From Squalus acanthias (taxonomy: Eukaryota), in assembly GCA_030390025.1 (NCBI GenBank), contig CM059433.1:9426001-9490000 (forward strand): DNA of 64,000 nt, read 5' to 3'. The number at the start of each line of letters is the position of its first letter. Within the stretch, counting starts at the first letter, position 1. The translations under genes and the position numbers were made by a program. The notes beneath the pieces were generated by a model. That model had not been told where the DNA came from and made no database searches. It saw only the letters and a program-made list of their open reading frames with translations. This document shows positions 1 to 13,015 of the stretch, piece after piece.

Positions 1-85
1 AGTTAGAACCACGAGCAAATGTTTACTACAGTTAGAAAAGGTTCAAACTCGTTATGGGATTTGTATCTTAATCGATATTGACATT

Positions 86-2605
86 GGCCTCGATATTAAC
101 CCCCTTCCCCCCACAACGGGCGGGAGAGGTTCGCGGGAGGGTTAAATACTTGAATACGGGGAACGCGTCCCCAGCCTGCCGCACATCCACAGCCACCTTT
201 TTAATGGCGGTGGCTATCGGGACGTCCGAGTGTCCCGCCGCTCCACGGTGGGACACTGAATTAACATATTTAAATTGGGCTCCCACAGTGCAATTGGGAG
301 CTTGATTTAAAATTCACTGTTGCTGCCCGGGTTTCCCAGGGTTCGGGAAACCTGGCAGCGAAAGGGAGGCAGGAGCTGCCGGCTTCACAAGGCAAGTGTC
401 TTTTTCAGCACTACCTGTGGACCAGAAGGAGCAGGCGTTCCCTCCCCCCGGCCCCTCAAGGAAGCCCTCGGCCTCCCTTTGCTGATCACGGCCTCTCTCT
501 CCCCCATCCCAGTCACCAACCACCCTCCACCCAGCCCTGATCGCCGACATTCCCCCCTCTGAATTGTCGGGGACCGTCCCCAAGGGTCCCGAGCTGTGGC
601 CTCCTGCCGCTAGTGTACCCGCCTGGCCATGCTGTCAATTTAGCCAGCTTCTGGATGGGAAAGGGAACAAGAAAATGTTAATGAGGTCCTGCCATTAAGT
701 TGGGCTGGGTATAGAAAGCACAGAGGAGATCTACAAAATGGAATAGGAGGGACAAAGAGAGAGTATGAGGATAGATTAGCGGCTAACATAAAAGGGAACT
801 CAAATGTCTTTTATGAACACGTAAATAGTAAAAAGGTAGTCAAAGGAAGGGTGGGGCCAATTAGGGACCAAAAAGGTGATCTTCTCATGGAGGCAGAGGG
901 CATGGCTGAGGTACTAAATAAGTACTTTGCACCTGTCTTCATTAGAGAAGAGGAAGCTGCCACTGTAGCAGTAAAGGAGGAGGCAGTAGCGATATTGGGT
1001 AGGATAAAAATAGATAAAGAGGATGTACTTGAAAGTTTGACGGTCCTCAAAGTAGAAAAGTCGCCCGGTCCGGATGGGACGCGTCCCGGCTTACTGAGGG
1101 AAGTAAGGGTGGAAATTGCGGCGGCTCTGGCTACAATCTTCCAATCCTCCTTGGCTATGGGGGTGGTGCCAGTGGACTGGAGGATTGCAAATGTTACACC
1201 CGTTTAAGAAAATAAAAGGGTGAGAGGGATAAACCTGACAACTACAGAACAGTTAGCCTAAAGTCGGTGGTGGGGAATCTTTTAGATACAATAATCTAGG
1301 ACAAAATTAATTGGCATTTGCAAAATACAGGCTAAAGGTCAGCACAAATTTATTAAAGGCAAATCGTGTTTGACCAACTTGATCAGGTAGTGTGGTTGGT
1401 GTTGTGTATATGGACTTTCAAAAGGCGCTTGACAAAGTACCACATAATAGACTTGTTAGCAAAATTAAAGCCCATGGGATCAAAGGGACAAAACTGGCCA
1501 AGGGACAGAAAGCAGAGAGGTGGTGAACGGTTGTTTTTCAGACTGGAGGAAGGCATACGGTGATGTACCCCAGGGGTCTTTTCGATATATATTGATGACC
1601 TGGACTTGGGTATACAGGGCATAGTTTCAAAGTTTGCAGATGATATGAAACTCAGAAATGTAGTAAACAATGAGAAGCATAGTAACAGACTTCAGGAGAA
1701 CACAGACTGGTGAAATGGGCAGACACATGGCAGATGAAATTTAATGCAGGGAAGTGTGCAGTGATACATTTTGGTAGGAAGAATAAGGAGAATATGAATT
1801 AAATGGGACAATTTTAAAGGGGGTGCAGGAACAGAGAGACCTGGGGCTATATGTACACAAATCTTTGAAGGTGGTAGAACAAGCTGAGAAGGCTGTTAAA
1901 AAAAAACATATGGGCTCCTTGGCTTTATTAATAGAGGCACAGAATACAAAAGCAAGGAAGTTATGCTCAACCTTTATAAATCACTGGTTAGGCCTCAGCT
2001 GGAGTATTGTGTTCAATTCTGGGCACCGCACTTTAGGAAGGATGTCAAGGCCTTAGAGAGGGTGCAAAAGAGATTTACTAGAATGGTGCCAGGGATGAGG
2101 GACTTCAGTTATGTGGAGAGACTGAGAAGCTGGGATTGTTGTCCTTAGAGCAGAGAAGGTTAAGGGGAGATTTCAAAATCATGAATGGTTTTGATAGAGT
2201 AAATAAAGAGAAACTGTTTCCAGTGGCAGAAGGGTCGGTAACCAGAGGACACTAATTGGCAAAAGAGCCAGAGGCGACATGAGAAACCATTTTTTTAATA
2301 CAGCGAGTTGTTGTGATCTGGAATGTGCTGCCTGAAAGGGCAGCAGAAGCAGATTCAATCGTAACATTCAATCGGGAATTGGATAAATACTTGAAGGGAA
2401 ACATTTACGGGGCTATGGGGAAAGAGCAGGGGAGTGGGACTAATTGGATCGCTCATTCAAAGAGGCCGAATGGCCTCCTTCCGTGCTGTATCATTCTATG
2501 ATTCTATAAATTCGGTAGGACCTCCGCGTCCCCAGCCTTGCCGGGTCCTTTGGCCGTTTTCAGCCTCCTCCGCTTCTTCCTCATCTGCCCATAAATATCA
2601 AGGCC
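86..2605. mobile_element. Harbinger-type MITE interrupted by a CR1 insertion
   Basis: TIR GGCCTCGATATT / AATATCAAGGCC (11/12) with a 3-bp ATT duplication at 83-85 and 2606-2608. GC-rich body at about 86-700 and 2507-2605. Confidence 0.65.
710..2506 (+). mobile_element. CR1 LINE, 5'-truncated and decayed
   Basis: RT fragments (KSPGPDG, DWRIANVTP, LVRPQLEYCVQFW) broken by stops and frameshifts. Tandem 3' tail attctatgattctat. Confidence 0.9.
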
Positions 2606-2982
2606 ATTGTCTTGATTTTAAAGTTAAGTACTTTTTTGTTTTTATGTCCCTGAACTCATTTTAGAGTTGAGAAGAGTCTTGTTGAGTTTTTGGATTTGTA
2701 CTGAGACTAACGTGGTGTCTCTGGAGTCCCCATTTTGCTTGAGTTTTCTAACAGCTTTTAAAAGTTTAGTGTGGTTCACACCCGGACACTTGGACCTGCT
2801 GGATCTATAATCATCTACTCCCCCTGACTTTGGGCGGGGTGGGGGGGGCGTGGGGGGGGAGGGTATATATTTGTGCCTTGACAGTGACCATATTCTAAAC
2901 CTATTAATATCTGTGATTAAATCATTCTTCTAACATTGAATAGAGGATGTTTCGAAATCCATCAGTCTCTGTTTTTTTTTAG

Positions 2983-3405
2983 CACCCCAGTTGTCGCAAA
3001 GTTGCCAGAATTCCAACAATAACAACCGTGTGAGCCAAAAGAACAGATATACCATCTCCCCATTCAGAGTGATCCAGGTCAAAAAAAAGAAGAAGCTCTT
3101 TGCAGTCAGGATGAAGACTAACTCCAAGACAAACCCAAGGACGCTGTTTTATTCTCACTTCAGTAAGAGGCTAGTCAGCATGCCCGGGATCAGTTTAACC
3201 AGAGGATCCATTAACTGTGATGAGAAAAACCCTCCGAATTCATCCGAGATATGGACTTGCGATACATGTTTGATATCAAATAAAGCTCCGGCGGTGAGAT
3301 GCAGGGGCTGCGAAACACTGAAATATGGAGTCGGACTGCAAAGACAGTGGATCCCAGCAGCCGATGTGAGCATAGGCACAAGCTGTAAAGGGATCCAATC
3401 AAACG
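2983..3405 (+). CDS. NUP153-like gene, first visible coding exon (RanBP2-type zinc finger)
   Basis: Acceptor (T)9-AG at 2981-2982 and donor GT at 3406. 423-bp phase 1/1 open exon encoding WTCDTCLISNKAPAVRCRGCETLK, which fits the W-x-C-x2-C-x3-N-x6-C-x2-C RanBP2 finger pattern and resembles NUP153 fingers. Also has a KKKKK basic patch. Upstream exon(s) are presumably left of the window. Confidence 0.75.
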
Positions 3406-4758
3406 GTAAACACTGATACCAAGAATTTCTCGTTCCGTAGATACAAATAGCTTCCTCGAGATGGTGGAGTTAATAGGCATGTCCTTCTACTTTAACGTTG
3501 CTAATTAATCAGCCGTATAAATGATAGCGTCTAAATTGGGCCGTGTCGTGCCCGTTTTTTAGGAGCCACGCAGCTATATAAGACTTGAAAATGGGGTCCA
3601 AGATGTGCATGCATAAGGGAATTAAGGGTTATGGGGAGCGGGCAGGGAAGTGGACGTGAGTCTAGGTTCGGATCAGCCATGATCCTATTGAATGGCGGAG
3701 CAGGCCCGAAGGGTCGTATGGCCGACTCCTGCTCCTACTTCTCATGTTCTTATGTTCTTATGTGCACACTTCCGACAGGAAGTGCACAGGATGCCACCTT
3801 GGTCAAGGGGTGTGCGCGCACGCGCCTAACGACCGCCGGACACATGCAGAGCAGCGAAGCGATGACACAGATCAGTGTGCAACGCTGATTTGAAACCACC
3901 GCTGCCATTTTCCAACTCCCCACTCCAGCCAACGCCCTGTCTTAACCGCGCACGGCTGAACCCAATGTTAAATGGAATGAACAACCCCACCACCAGCGCA
4001 ATTTAAAGGGATCGTGAAGTACTTACAGGTTAGTTGCTGGATTGTTTCTTCTGGCTGCTGGTGCAATTGCACGTGTTTTTGGAGCTTTCCTATACTTGGC
4101 TAAAGTTTGAATAGTCTACAGGGAGTGGTCTGGCTGGTGCTGAAGTACTTTCTTAGTCATATTGTGCTGAAAGAAGTTGCTTATTGATTTGTCTGCTTGG
4201 AGGAGATAGATATTTACTTGGTGTATCCTCAAAATAAAGTGTCAAAGTTACACATTGTGTCATCGATTGTGTATATTATTGGCAAAGTTCATGCACTTCA
4301 TCCAAAATCAGAGTAGTTAATTTTACAGAATTAATTCAAACATCACTTGGAGCCACACAGATGCATCTTTGTCACACTTTCCAACGTAATCTTACACAAA
4401 GTCTGTGGATCTACACTTTTAATGCACAATTCTTCCATGGTGTAACTTGGTGTAAGGTGGATCCTCACTGACGCAGCATTCAAGTGCTTTCAGAGGTACA
4501 CTTTAAAAGGTCGAGTGTCTGTTGTAACTTCTATAATGTGCAGTGTTTGACCGAGGAGTGAATGTTGATGGATAATGGAATCCAGCTCTCAAATCAGGAC
4601 CAACCTCATTGAAAGCCAGACTTTTGTGTAAGGAATTGGAAATCTGAACATAGCTGAAATGCTAAAATAGTGATAGGCTTACATTGGTGGTTTAGTGTGC
4701 GGAAATCATGGTCAGACTTCTAAGAAAACCTACTGAATCCGTGACTTCTTATTTACAG

Positions 4759-5157
4759 AAAAAATCACCAACATGTGCAGGGTGGATAACGGTGCAGAAG
4801 CAATGCCTCAGCTTACCAATGTAGCAGAGATGCCTACCTCCTTGGCGACCTCCTTTGCTTCTCACACGACTGATGTAATCTGCTCTGTCCCACAAATGGA
4901 CTCTTCAGCCTACGCTTCAAGCATTCGTACAGAAGAGAGAACGACAATGGAACTTCTTCCAACTTCAACCAATCTCTCACCTGCTGAAATAAACTCTACT
5001 GTTTACAGGTGGTCATCTGTGTCCGCTGGAACTGGGCCTGATGAACAATTGGCTGGCGCTACATCAGCTCCTGCAAAGCCAACACAACAGGGTGTCCCCT
5101 CAGGAAAGGGGAAACGAAGGAGAAGTGTCCGAGAAGATAGAGATTCCCTCATTCCAG
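4759..5157 (+). CDS. NUP153-like gene, Ser/Thr-rich exon
   Basis: Acceptor tttacag, donor ccag|gtgtgt. 399 bp, phase 1/1, in frame with both neighbours (contains ORF 4773..5165). Low-complexity S/T-rich sequence ending GKGKRRRSVREDRDSLIP. Confidence 0.7.
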
Positions 5158-5267
5158 GTGTGTGAAATTGCTCAGCTCTATTTCAATTGATAGTGATGAT
5201 TAATAACTAATTTTCTTAGTTCTTGTAAGAGTTATCTATTAAACAGCAATTCAGCAGTTCCCCTTAC

Positions 5268-6438
5268 AGGACTTTTGGAAGGCGTTTGACAAAGTACCGC
5301 ATAGAAGGCTGGTTAACAAAATTGAGGCTCATGGAATAGGTGGGTCAGTGGCAGCTTGGATAAGGAAGTGGCTTAAGGACAGAAAACAGCGAGTTGTGGT
5401 AAATGGCTGTTTTTCAGACTGGAGGATGGTAGACAGCGGTGTTCCCTGAGGGTCAGTGCTGGGACCACTGCTTTTTTTGATATGACCTGGATATTGGAAT
5501 ACAGAGTGGAATTTCTAAATTTGCCGATGACACCAAACTTGGGGGTGTGGCAAACAGTGATGATGATACCAAACGACTGCAACAGGACATAGAAAGGTTA
5601 GCAGAATGGGCAGACAAGTGGCAGATGGAATTTAATACAGAGAAGTGTGAGGTGATGCATTTTGGCAGAAGGAACAGGGAGAGGCAATATACACTTAATG
5701 GCACAGTTTTAAAGAGTGTGCAGGGACAGAGGGACCTGGGAGTTAATGTGCATAGGTCCCTGAAGGTGGCAGGACATATTGCGAGAGTGGTTAGCAAAGC
5801 ATATGGGATCTTGGGCTTCAAAAATAGAGGTATTGAGTACAAAAGTAGAGAAGTTATGCTGAACCTTTATAAAATGCTGGTTGGGCCACAACTGGAGTAT
5901 TGCGTCCAGTTCTGGTCACCACACTTTAGGAAGGATACGAAGGCCCTTGAGAGGGTGCAGAGGAGATTTACCAGAATGGTTCTGGGGATGGGGAATCTTA
6001 GCTACAAGGACAGGTTGGAGAAGCTGGATTTGTTTTCATTAGAGCAAAGGAGGTTGAGGGGTGATTTGATAGAGGTGTTCAAGATTATGACGGGCTTGGA
6101 TAGGCTAGACGGGGAAAGGCTGTTCCCACTAGTTGATGTTACAAAGACTAGGGGACACAGATTTAAGGTTTTGGGCAAGAGATACAGGGGGGATGTGAGG
6201 AAAAACTTTTTTACGCAGCGAGTGGTGAGGACCTGGAACTCGCTGCTGACGGAAGTGATGGAAGCGGAGACACTCAATGTTTTCAAGGGGAGACTGGATA
6301 GGCACTTGAGGGAAATAAACTTGCAGGGCTACGGGGATAGAGCGGGGGAATGGGACTGACTGGATTGCTCCACAGAGAGCCGGCACGGACTCGATGAGCT
6401 GAATGGCCTCCTTCTGTGCCGTTATGACTCTATGACTA
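5268..6438 (+). mobile_element. CR1 LINE 3' fragment
   Basis: FADDTKL motif, ORF 5547..6359 (C-terminal part of ORF2), tail tatgactctatgact. Confidence 0.92.
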
Positions 6439-7647
6439 TTGTTGGCCTACTGGAGAAAGAGTGAAAGAGGAGGAGCTATGGTAACAGTTTTTGGCTTGTA
6501 TGTTATTAACGCTGAACAACAGTGCTCTCAACATTTGCTACTCTAAACTCCCAATGTTAACACCCCTCCCCCCCACCCCCCACCCCCCACCATACCCAAC
6601 AACAAAAAACAGGGCATGCGGGAGTTTAAATGGGAGCAGAGAACTTGCCTCCCTGTTTACCCCGCGCTCCGTCCCCGCCCCTCCCGCCACCAATTTAACT
6701 CCTGAGTTCAGGAGACGTTGGGGGTGCTCGCCGCAGGCAGGCAAGGGCCTCATAAAAATGTAACGGTTGGGGTCCTATGATGCAAATTGGACACTGACAG
6801 GATTTTAACTCGTAGTGACGAGCGTCTCAACTATTGCCAAAGCCTCCAAATAAACCCGGCACCAAAGAGGGTTTGGGGTGAGAAGAGGCCCAGGAAGTAA
6901 GTTTCCTTTTGTTATATTCGGTTGTGGTTTCCTTGTGGAGCAGGAGTGCTCGTCCGTCTACAGACTCCCTCACCGTGCCGATACATCACCTCCCCAGCAG
7001 TTCCAGGGGGGTTTGTGGCACTCACCTTGCAATATATTAATCCGGGCTCCACAGGGAAACCTTGGGCCTTCCCTGCCCTGGGCTTACCCCCATTCACTGT
7101 CCACCCGAGTCAATAAACCCCTGCTGGTACTCACTGCCTGGTCTCACAACTGAACAATAGTCCATTGAGTGAGGTGTTGGAGGGCATTCGTGGAACTATA
7201 ACGTAACGAGGAGTCAGTGCTGTCAGGAGAGGAGGAGAGACGAAAATTGGCAGAAATAAGAATGGAAACGTAAATTAAAGTTTCTTACATGCGGCACATC
7301 AAACAACAACAGATTGGAGATGTGTGTACATCTTGCAGGTTAAAAAACAGGTAAAGTTTCATCTTTAGAGCACCGAAAACACATGCCAAGAATTTCCATC
7401 CATTAATTGAAGTGTTGAAGACTTTGCTGCTCTTTCGAAGGTGAAATCTGTTGTGTATCTAACTTGGTGGTGGCTCAGCAGATCAAAAAAAGAATGGGCA
7501 TCCTTCAAAACAAGGATGTAACTCTTGTGGCACAGATGAGAATCAAATCAAAATCTCAGTTTAAAACAAACTCTAATTGTTGCATCAACAACAGAAAACG
7601 CTGGAAAAACTCAGCAGGCCAGGCAACATCCATGGAGAGAGAAACAG

Positions 7648-7683
7648 AGTTAACGTTTCAGGTCGAAACCCTTCGTCAGAACT
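7648..7683 (-). ncRNA. Minimal type I hammerhead ribozyme motif
   Basis: AGUU-CUGACGA-A-GGGU(UUCG)ACCU-GAAAC-GUU-AACU on the minus strand. Confidence 0.7.
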
Positions 7684-8220
7684 GAGAAAAAAGCAGGAAA
7701 TGAAACAGATAAAAAAGCAAGGGGGAGGCTGGGGGGAGGAATAACTATGGTAAGTAGAGACATTAAGAGATGCTCAAGGCAAGACGAGATGGTAATGGGA
7801 CAGGTTAAGAAACAAAAGGTGAAGTGTGAAATGCTGGCAGAATGAGAGACAGCTGCCGTAGGGGGAAAGAGAGAAAAAAAAGGAAAAAGGCACGAACCAA
7901 AAGGGTGGATAAAATGTATATATATGTGTTAGGGGCCGAGGTTATGATCTGAAATTGTTGAACTCGATATTGAGTCCGGAAGGCTGTAAAGTGCCTAAAC
8001 GAAAGATGAGGTGCTGTTCCTCGAGCTTACGCTGAGCTTCCGTGGAACAATGCACGAGGCCGAGGACGGTGAGGTCTGAGTGGTGAATTAAAATGACAAG
8101 CAACCGGAAGCTCGGGGTCACCCTTACGGACTGAACGGAGGTGTTCCGCAAAGCGGTCACCCAATCTGCGTTTGGTCTCCCCCTTGCTTTTTTATCTGTT
8201 TCATTTCCTGCTTTTTTCTC

Positions 8221-8257
8221 AGTTCTGACGAAGGGTCTTCGACCTGAAACGTTAACC
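8221..8257 (+). ncRNA. Minimal type I hammerhead ribozyme motif
   Basis: AGUU-CUGACGA-A-GGGUC(UUC)GACCU-GAAAC-GUU-AACC. Confidence 0.7.
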
Positions 8258-8613
8258 CTGTTTCTCTCTCCACGGATGTTGCCTGGCCTGCTGAGTTTTT
8301 CCAGCGTTTTCTGTTGTTGTTTCAATTTTCCAGCATCCGCAGTATTTTGCTATCGCATAATTGTTGCATGCAAGCTACAAAAGGAGAAAATTAGTAGTGC
8401 ATGATGTCACTCATCAGATGGGAACTGAGGTAACCTTTGAAGCGGATCTTTCAATTAGAATCTAAATTCGTAATTTCACCTTCTCCTATTTTGTAACTCT
8501 TGTCAAACCATGCAAAGCTGTTACATAACCTCGGCTCTGATAATAATTATTTTCTGTCCATGAGTAATTTAGAAGTTTATTGAAATAATAAGAATTTCCC
8601 CATCTATGTGCAG

Positions 8614-8994
8614 ATGAACTTGCAGCAAATAAACCCTGCAGAATCCAAGATTCATCAGCCTCAAGATCTTTCCCGTATGTTTTTGGCCCGCCTCCTATCT
8701 ACACGACAAGCAGCACTGCAGTACCTGTACTACCTAGGTTTAATGTCCCCGCATCAACCAGGTCAGGCATGGCCACAGCAGCAGTCTCCAGAGCACCATT
8801 TCAGATGCCGCCTTTTCTCTTTGGGCGCTCTACCGAAACAAGCAACAGCAACATTCGTTCTGGGATGTTTGGATCCTCTGGCAGCTTCCCTTCTGTCTTT
8901 GGACGGAGAGGCTCAGCTTTGACAAGTAGCCCATTTAACACTGGAGTAGCCAACACTGGCATCACTGGGAATCCTTCATCGTTGCCACCTACTG
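8614..8994 (+). CDS. NUP153-like gene, FG-motif exon
   Basis: Acceptor tgtgcag, donor actg|gtatga. 381 bp, phase 1/1, open. Encodes YVFG, FLFG, GMFG and SVFG motifs in S/T/P/G-rich spacers. Confidence 0.78.
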
Positions 8995-9983
8995 GTATGA
9001 ACTGTGCTGTTAAAGTTTTGATAATTTTCTGGCAAGTAGCTTTTCTTAAAGCCTTTGGAGTAGAATTTCTGTGGGGGTTCTTCCAATTCACTGTCTTAAC
9101 TTTGGTGTGAGGTCAGAAAAATCCCAGAAACACTTAAAAGAATATTCAAGGTTAGAGGCTTAAATTTAATGAAATAAGGCTTCCTAGTAATGAGTCTGGC
9201 AAGTAACCATGTGGGTGAAATTCCTTCCGTCAATTTGATTTTAGCAAAAAAAACGTTGTCTTTTTCTTTTCATTGGCTGGAAGAATTTCACTCCCCACAT
9301 GTTTAGTTTCTTCTTTGCCTCCAGAAATGACTTTCCGTTCTGCAACTCATTGTAGTGGGTTAAAGTTAGCTGGTTAAAGAGGCTTAAATTTAATGAAATT
9401 TAACACAGTTCACCACAGAAGGATTATGCATGGTTACCACCACCTAACACAGCTGATCTGGTCATTATCACATTGCTGTTTGTGGGACCTTGCTGTGCAC
9501 AAATTAGCTGCCGCGCTTCCTACGTTACAACAGTGCCTAGACTTTAGAAGTACTTCATTGGCTGTAAAGCGCTTGGGGACGTCCTTTTCTTATTCGTTCA
9601 TGGAATGTGGGCATCGTTGGCAAGGCCAGCATTTATTGCCCATCCCTAATTGCCCTTGAGAAGGTGGTGGTGAGCCGCCTTCTTGAACCGCTGCAGTCCG
9701 TGTGGTGAAGGTACTGCCACAGTGCTAAGGGCATGAAAGGCGCTATATAAATGCAAGTTCTTTCTTTCATTATGATACCATCAGTAACAATAGACACGTA
9801 ACTTTTCTGTTTATTAAATGCTCAAATATGTCATCTAATCAGTTTAAAATATTAAAAAATGTTTGAATTATGTGTTGAAAAAGAATTTGATTATCAAATA
9901 GCCTAATAGGAGTGTTTTGCATAATGACATTTGCTGGAATAAAGCTTGAAATGAGGCAACATTTGTTCTTAATCTCATTGCAG

Positions 9984-10131
9984 GGCCTAGTTTCCCATTT
10001 TCTGGTCATTTGGTTCCAAATTCTAATTTGGGTTGTTCAGCCAATAACACCGTCTTTCGATTTGGAGCAAATAACAACAATCAGTTAGTTTCCCATGGAC
10101 CGTTCAATATCCCACCTGCCTTCACCACTGG
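9984..10131 (+). CDS. NUP153-like gene, penultimate exon
   Basis: Acceptor ttgcag, donor gg|gtaagt. 148 bp, phase 1/2. Encodes ...VFRFGANNNNQLVSHGPFNIPPAFTTG, resembling human NUP153 VFTFGANSS...FPFNQSPAAFTVG (recalled sequence). Confidence 0.82.
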
Positions 10132-10349
10132 GTAAGTTCAGTCAGTTAACGCTTCACTTTGCTGTTTGTCCCATTCTCAACACTACCGACACACATCTCT
10201 GCTGCATTGACGTTTCGGAAGAATTTTGTCTAGCCACATGACAAATGTTCAATTGCCCAGTTGACATTGGACACACAGAAAGAATCAAAGGTCTCCAAAT
10301 ATGGTAAAAGTTTATGTAATTATTAATGTTCTACTACTAGGTGTCACTA

Positions 10350-11810
10350 AAGAATCATTGAATCATAGAATAGTACAGCACAGAGGGAGGACATTCGGCC
10401 CATCGAGTCTTCGCCGGCTCTTTCGAAGAGCAATCCAGTTAGTTCCACTCCCCCCCATTCTTTCCCCATATCCCTGCAATATTTTCTCCTTCAAGTATTT
10501 ATCCAATTCCCTTTTGAAGGCTACTATTGAATCTGTATCCACCGCCCTATCAGGCAGTACGTTCCAAATCCTAACCACTCGTTGCATAAAAAAGTTTTTC
10601 CTCGTGTCGCCTCTGGTTCTTTTGCCAATTACCTTAAATCTGTGCCCTCTGGTCATCGACCCTTCAGCCATTGGAAACAGTTTCTCTTTACTCTATCTAA
10701 ATCCTTCATGATTTTAAACACCTCTATCAAATCTCCTCTTGGCCTTCTCCACTGTATACCTGCCTCCAGTCCGAAAAACAGCCATTCACCACAAATCTCT
10801 GTTTTCTATCTCTTAGCCAATTTTGTATCTGTGCTGCTACTGCTCCTTTTATCTCATGGGCTTCAATTTGGCTAACAAGCTTCATATTACTTTATCAAAC
10901 GCCTTTTGAAAGTCCATATACACAACATCAATTGCATTTACCCTCTCTGTTACCTCATCAAAAAACTTAATCAAGTTAGTCCAATATGATTTGCCTTTAT
11001 CAAATTCGTATTGGCTCTCCTTTATTAGCCCATGCTTGTCCAGTGTCTGTTCATTTTCTCCTGGATTATTGTTTCTAAAAGCTTCCCCACCACCGACGTT
11101 AAACTGACTGGCCTGTACTTACCAGGTTTATCCTTCTCAGTGTCAGCTGTGGCTCTTATTTCCTTTTTCACTCCTCCCATGTACTTTTTATATCCTGTCT
11201 GATTCTCCCTTGTGTTATCAAGCTGACATCTGTCATATGCCCCCTTTTTCTGCTTCCTCCTACTCTCCAACTCTTTCGTCATCCAGGGAGCTCTGGCTTT
11301 GGTTTCCCTCCCTTTCCCCCTTGTGAGAATGTACCCAGACTGTACCCGAACTATCTCCTCTTTCAAGGCCGCCCATTGCTCCATTATATTTCTGCCTGCC
11401 AGTCTTTGACTCCAATTTATCCGGGCCAGATCCCTCCTCAATTTGCTGAAATTAGCCCTCCTCCATTTAAGTATTTTTATTCTAGATTACACCTTGTTCT
11501 TCTCCATAACTAACCTAACCCTTATGAGACTATGATCACTATTTCTGAGAAGCTCCCATACTGTGACATTCTCCACTTGACTCACTTCATTCCCCAGGAC
11601 TAAATCCAGCAATGCCTCCTTCCTCGTTGGGCAGGAAACATACTGATTAAGAAAACTCTCCTGAACACACTTCAGAAAATCTTCCCCCTCTCTGCCCTTA
11701 ACACAATCACTGTCCCATTCAATATTGGGGTAGTTAAAGTCTCCCATTATCACGACTCTATAGTTGATGCAGCTCTCAGTAACTTCCCTGCAAATCTGTT
11801 CCTTCCCACT
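10350..11810 (-). mobile_element. CR1 LINE, internally deleted
   Basis: Endonuclease fragment (MGDFNYPNIEW, LLDLVL, SDH), YRPVSLTSVVGK, and a 3' end with a gaatcat repeat tail. Confidence 0.88.
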
Positions 11811-12859
11811 ATTTGGTCAGAGTGATTATTTGTACGAACAAATTAGAGTCATTCTGCGCTTGTGCACTGTATGGGGGCGGAGCCTAACAGCGCCCCACCC
11901 CCACCGGAGCCGCACATGTGCACCCAACGTTACGGCTGTGCATGTGCAATGGAGGCTCCAACCCTGAATGCGCCTAGTCGCAGGGCTGTGGCCTGTGGCC
12001 TCAACTACATTTCCTCCCTGTGGAGAAAGACAAGGGACTAGAGGGGGTGGGGGGCAGAGGACAGGGTATCGGAGGGGGGGAGAGGACTGGAATCAGAAAG
12101 GGGGCGACGACTGGGATCGGAGAGGGGGAGAGGAGAGCAGCTTGGAGTGGGGAGGGGAGAAGGTCAGGAGCTCAGGGGGAGAGAAGGTCAGGAGCTCATG
12201 GGGCCGGGGGAGAAGACCACAGAGAGGACAGTGGGGATGGGGGAACAACGCGATCCAGGTCTAAAGGGGGGGGGGGGGTTGAGACCGAGAACGTGATCCA
12301 GATGGGAAAACCGATCACGTTCTCCCCCACTGTTAGAGGTGGATCACATTCTTCCAACCCCACCCCCACCCCTTTTACACTGCACCACCTTCTCCCTCTC
12401 CTCCCCCTAGACCTGGATGACGCTCTTGACCATGAACGGCAGTGACTTGACTTCTTGGGTAGTCCGGCGCATGAGCGGCAAGTGACATCATTGGACTGGA
12501 CGAAATCCGGAAGTCATGACACTGTCACTATTCACTTCGTACCCAATAAACCTGTTAACAATCTGTGACTCACTCACAATGCCCCATCAGTCACCACAGC
12601 TCTCACCCAGAGTGTTTAGTTTGACGGAGTGATTAGTGACAGTGTGGGCACTTCCGGTTTTCGGTTGACCCGTGATATCATCCTGCATATGAGCCGGGCC
12701 ACTCGATGATGTCGTTCTCAGCGCAGGCTAAAAATCTACGGTTCTGCTAATTATGTCACTTGCAATGACGTCACCCTCACCTGTTCTGGTTGAATGAAAT
12801 GCGCCTCACTAAACCAACCTCGCAGCTCAAATTATGTAAAATAGTCACTGCTGTGAATT

Positions 12860-13015
12860 TCACTCAGCAAATCAGGCAGCATTTACGGAAAGAGAAACAG
12901 AGTTAACGTTTTGTGTTCTGATGAAAGGTCATCGACCTCAAACGTTAACACTGCTTCTCTCTCCACCGAAGCTGCTTCTCTCTCTCCACAGATGTTGCCT
13001 GACCCGCTGATCATT
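12860..13015. mobile_element. Decayed Penelope-derived hairpin element
   Basis: Inverted arms around CTGATGAAAGGTCATCGACCTCAAACGTT; the hammerhead GAAA is mutated to CAAA. Confidence 0.6.

Larger units (their letters stand above)
7586..8357. mobile_element. Penelope-like element remnant with inverted termini
   Basis: GIY-YIG C-terminal fragment on minus (KLEEQHLIFRLGTLQPSGLNIEF), flanked by two oppositely oriented terminal repeats. 12-bp TSD TAATTGTTGCAT at 7574-7585 and 8358-8369. Confidence 0.85.

Noticed and set aside
11968..12445. Gly/Arg/Glu-rich ORFs
   Set aside because: They arise from G-rich short tandem repeats (gagaaggtcaggagctca and similar) inside a probable repeat element.
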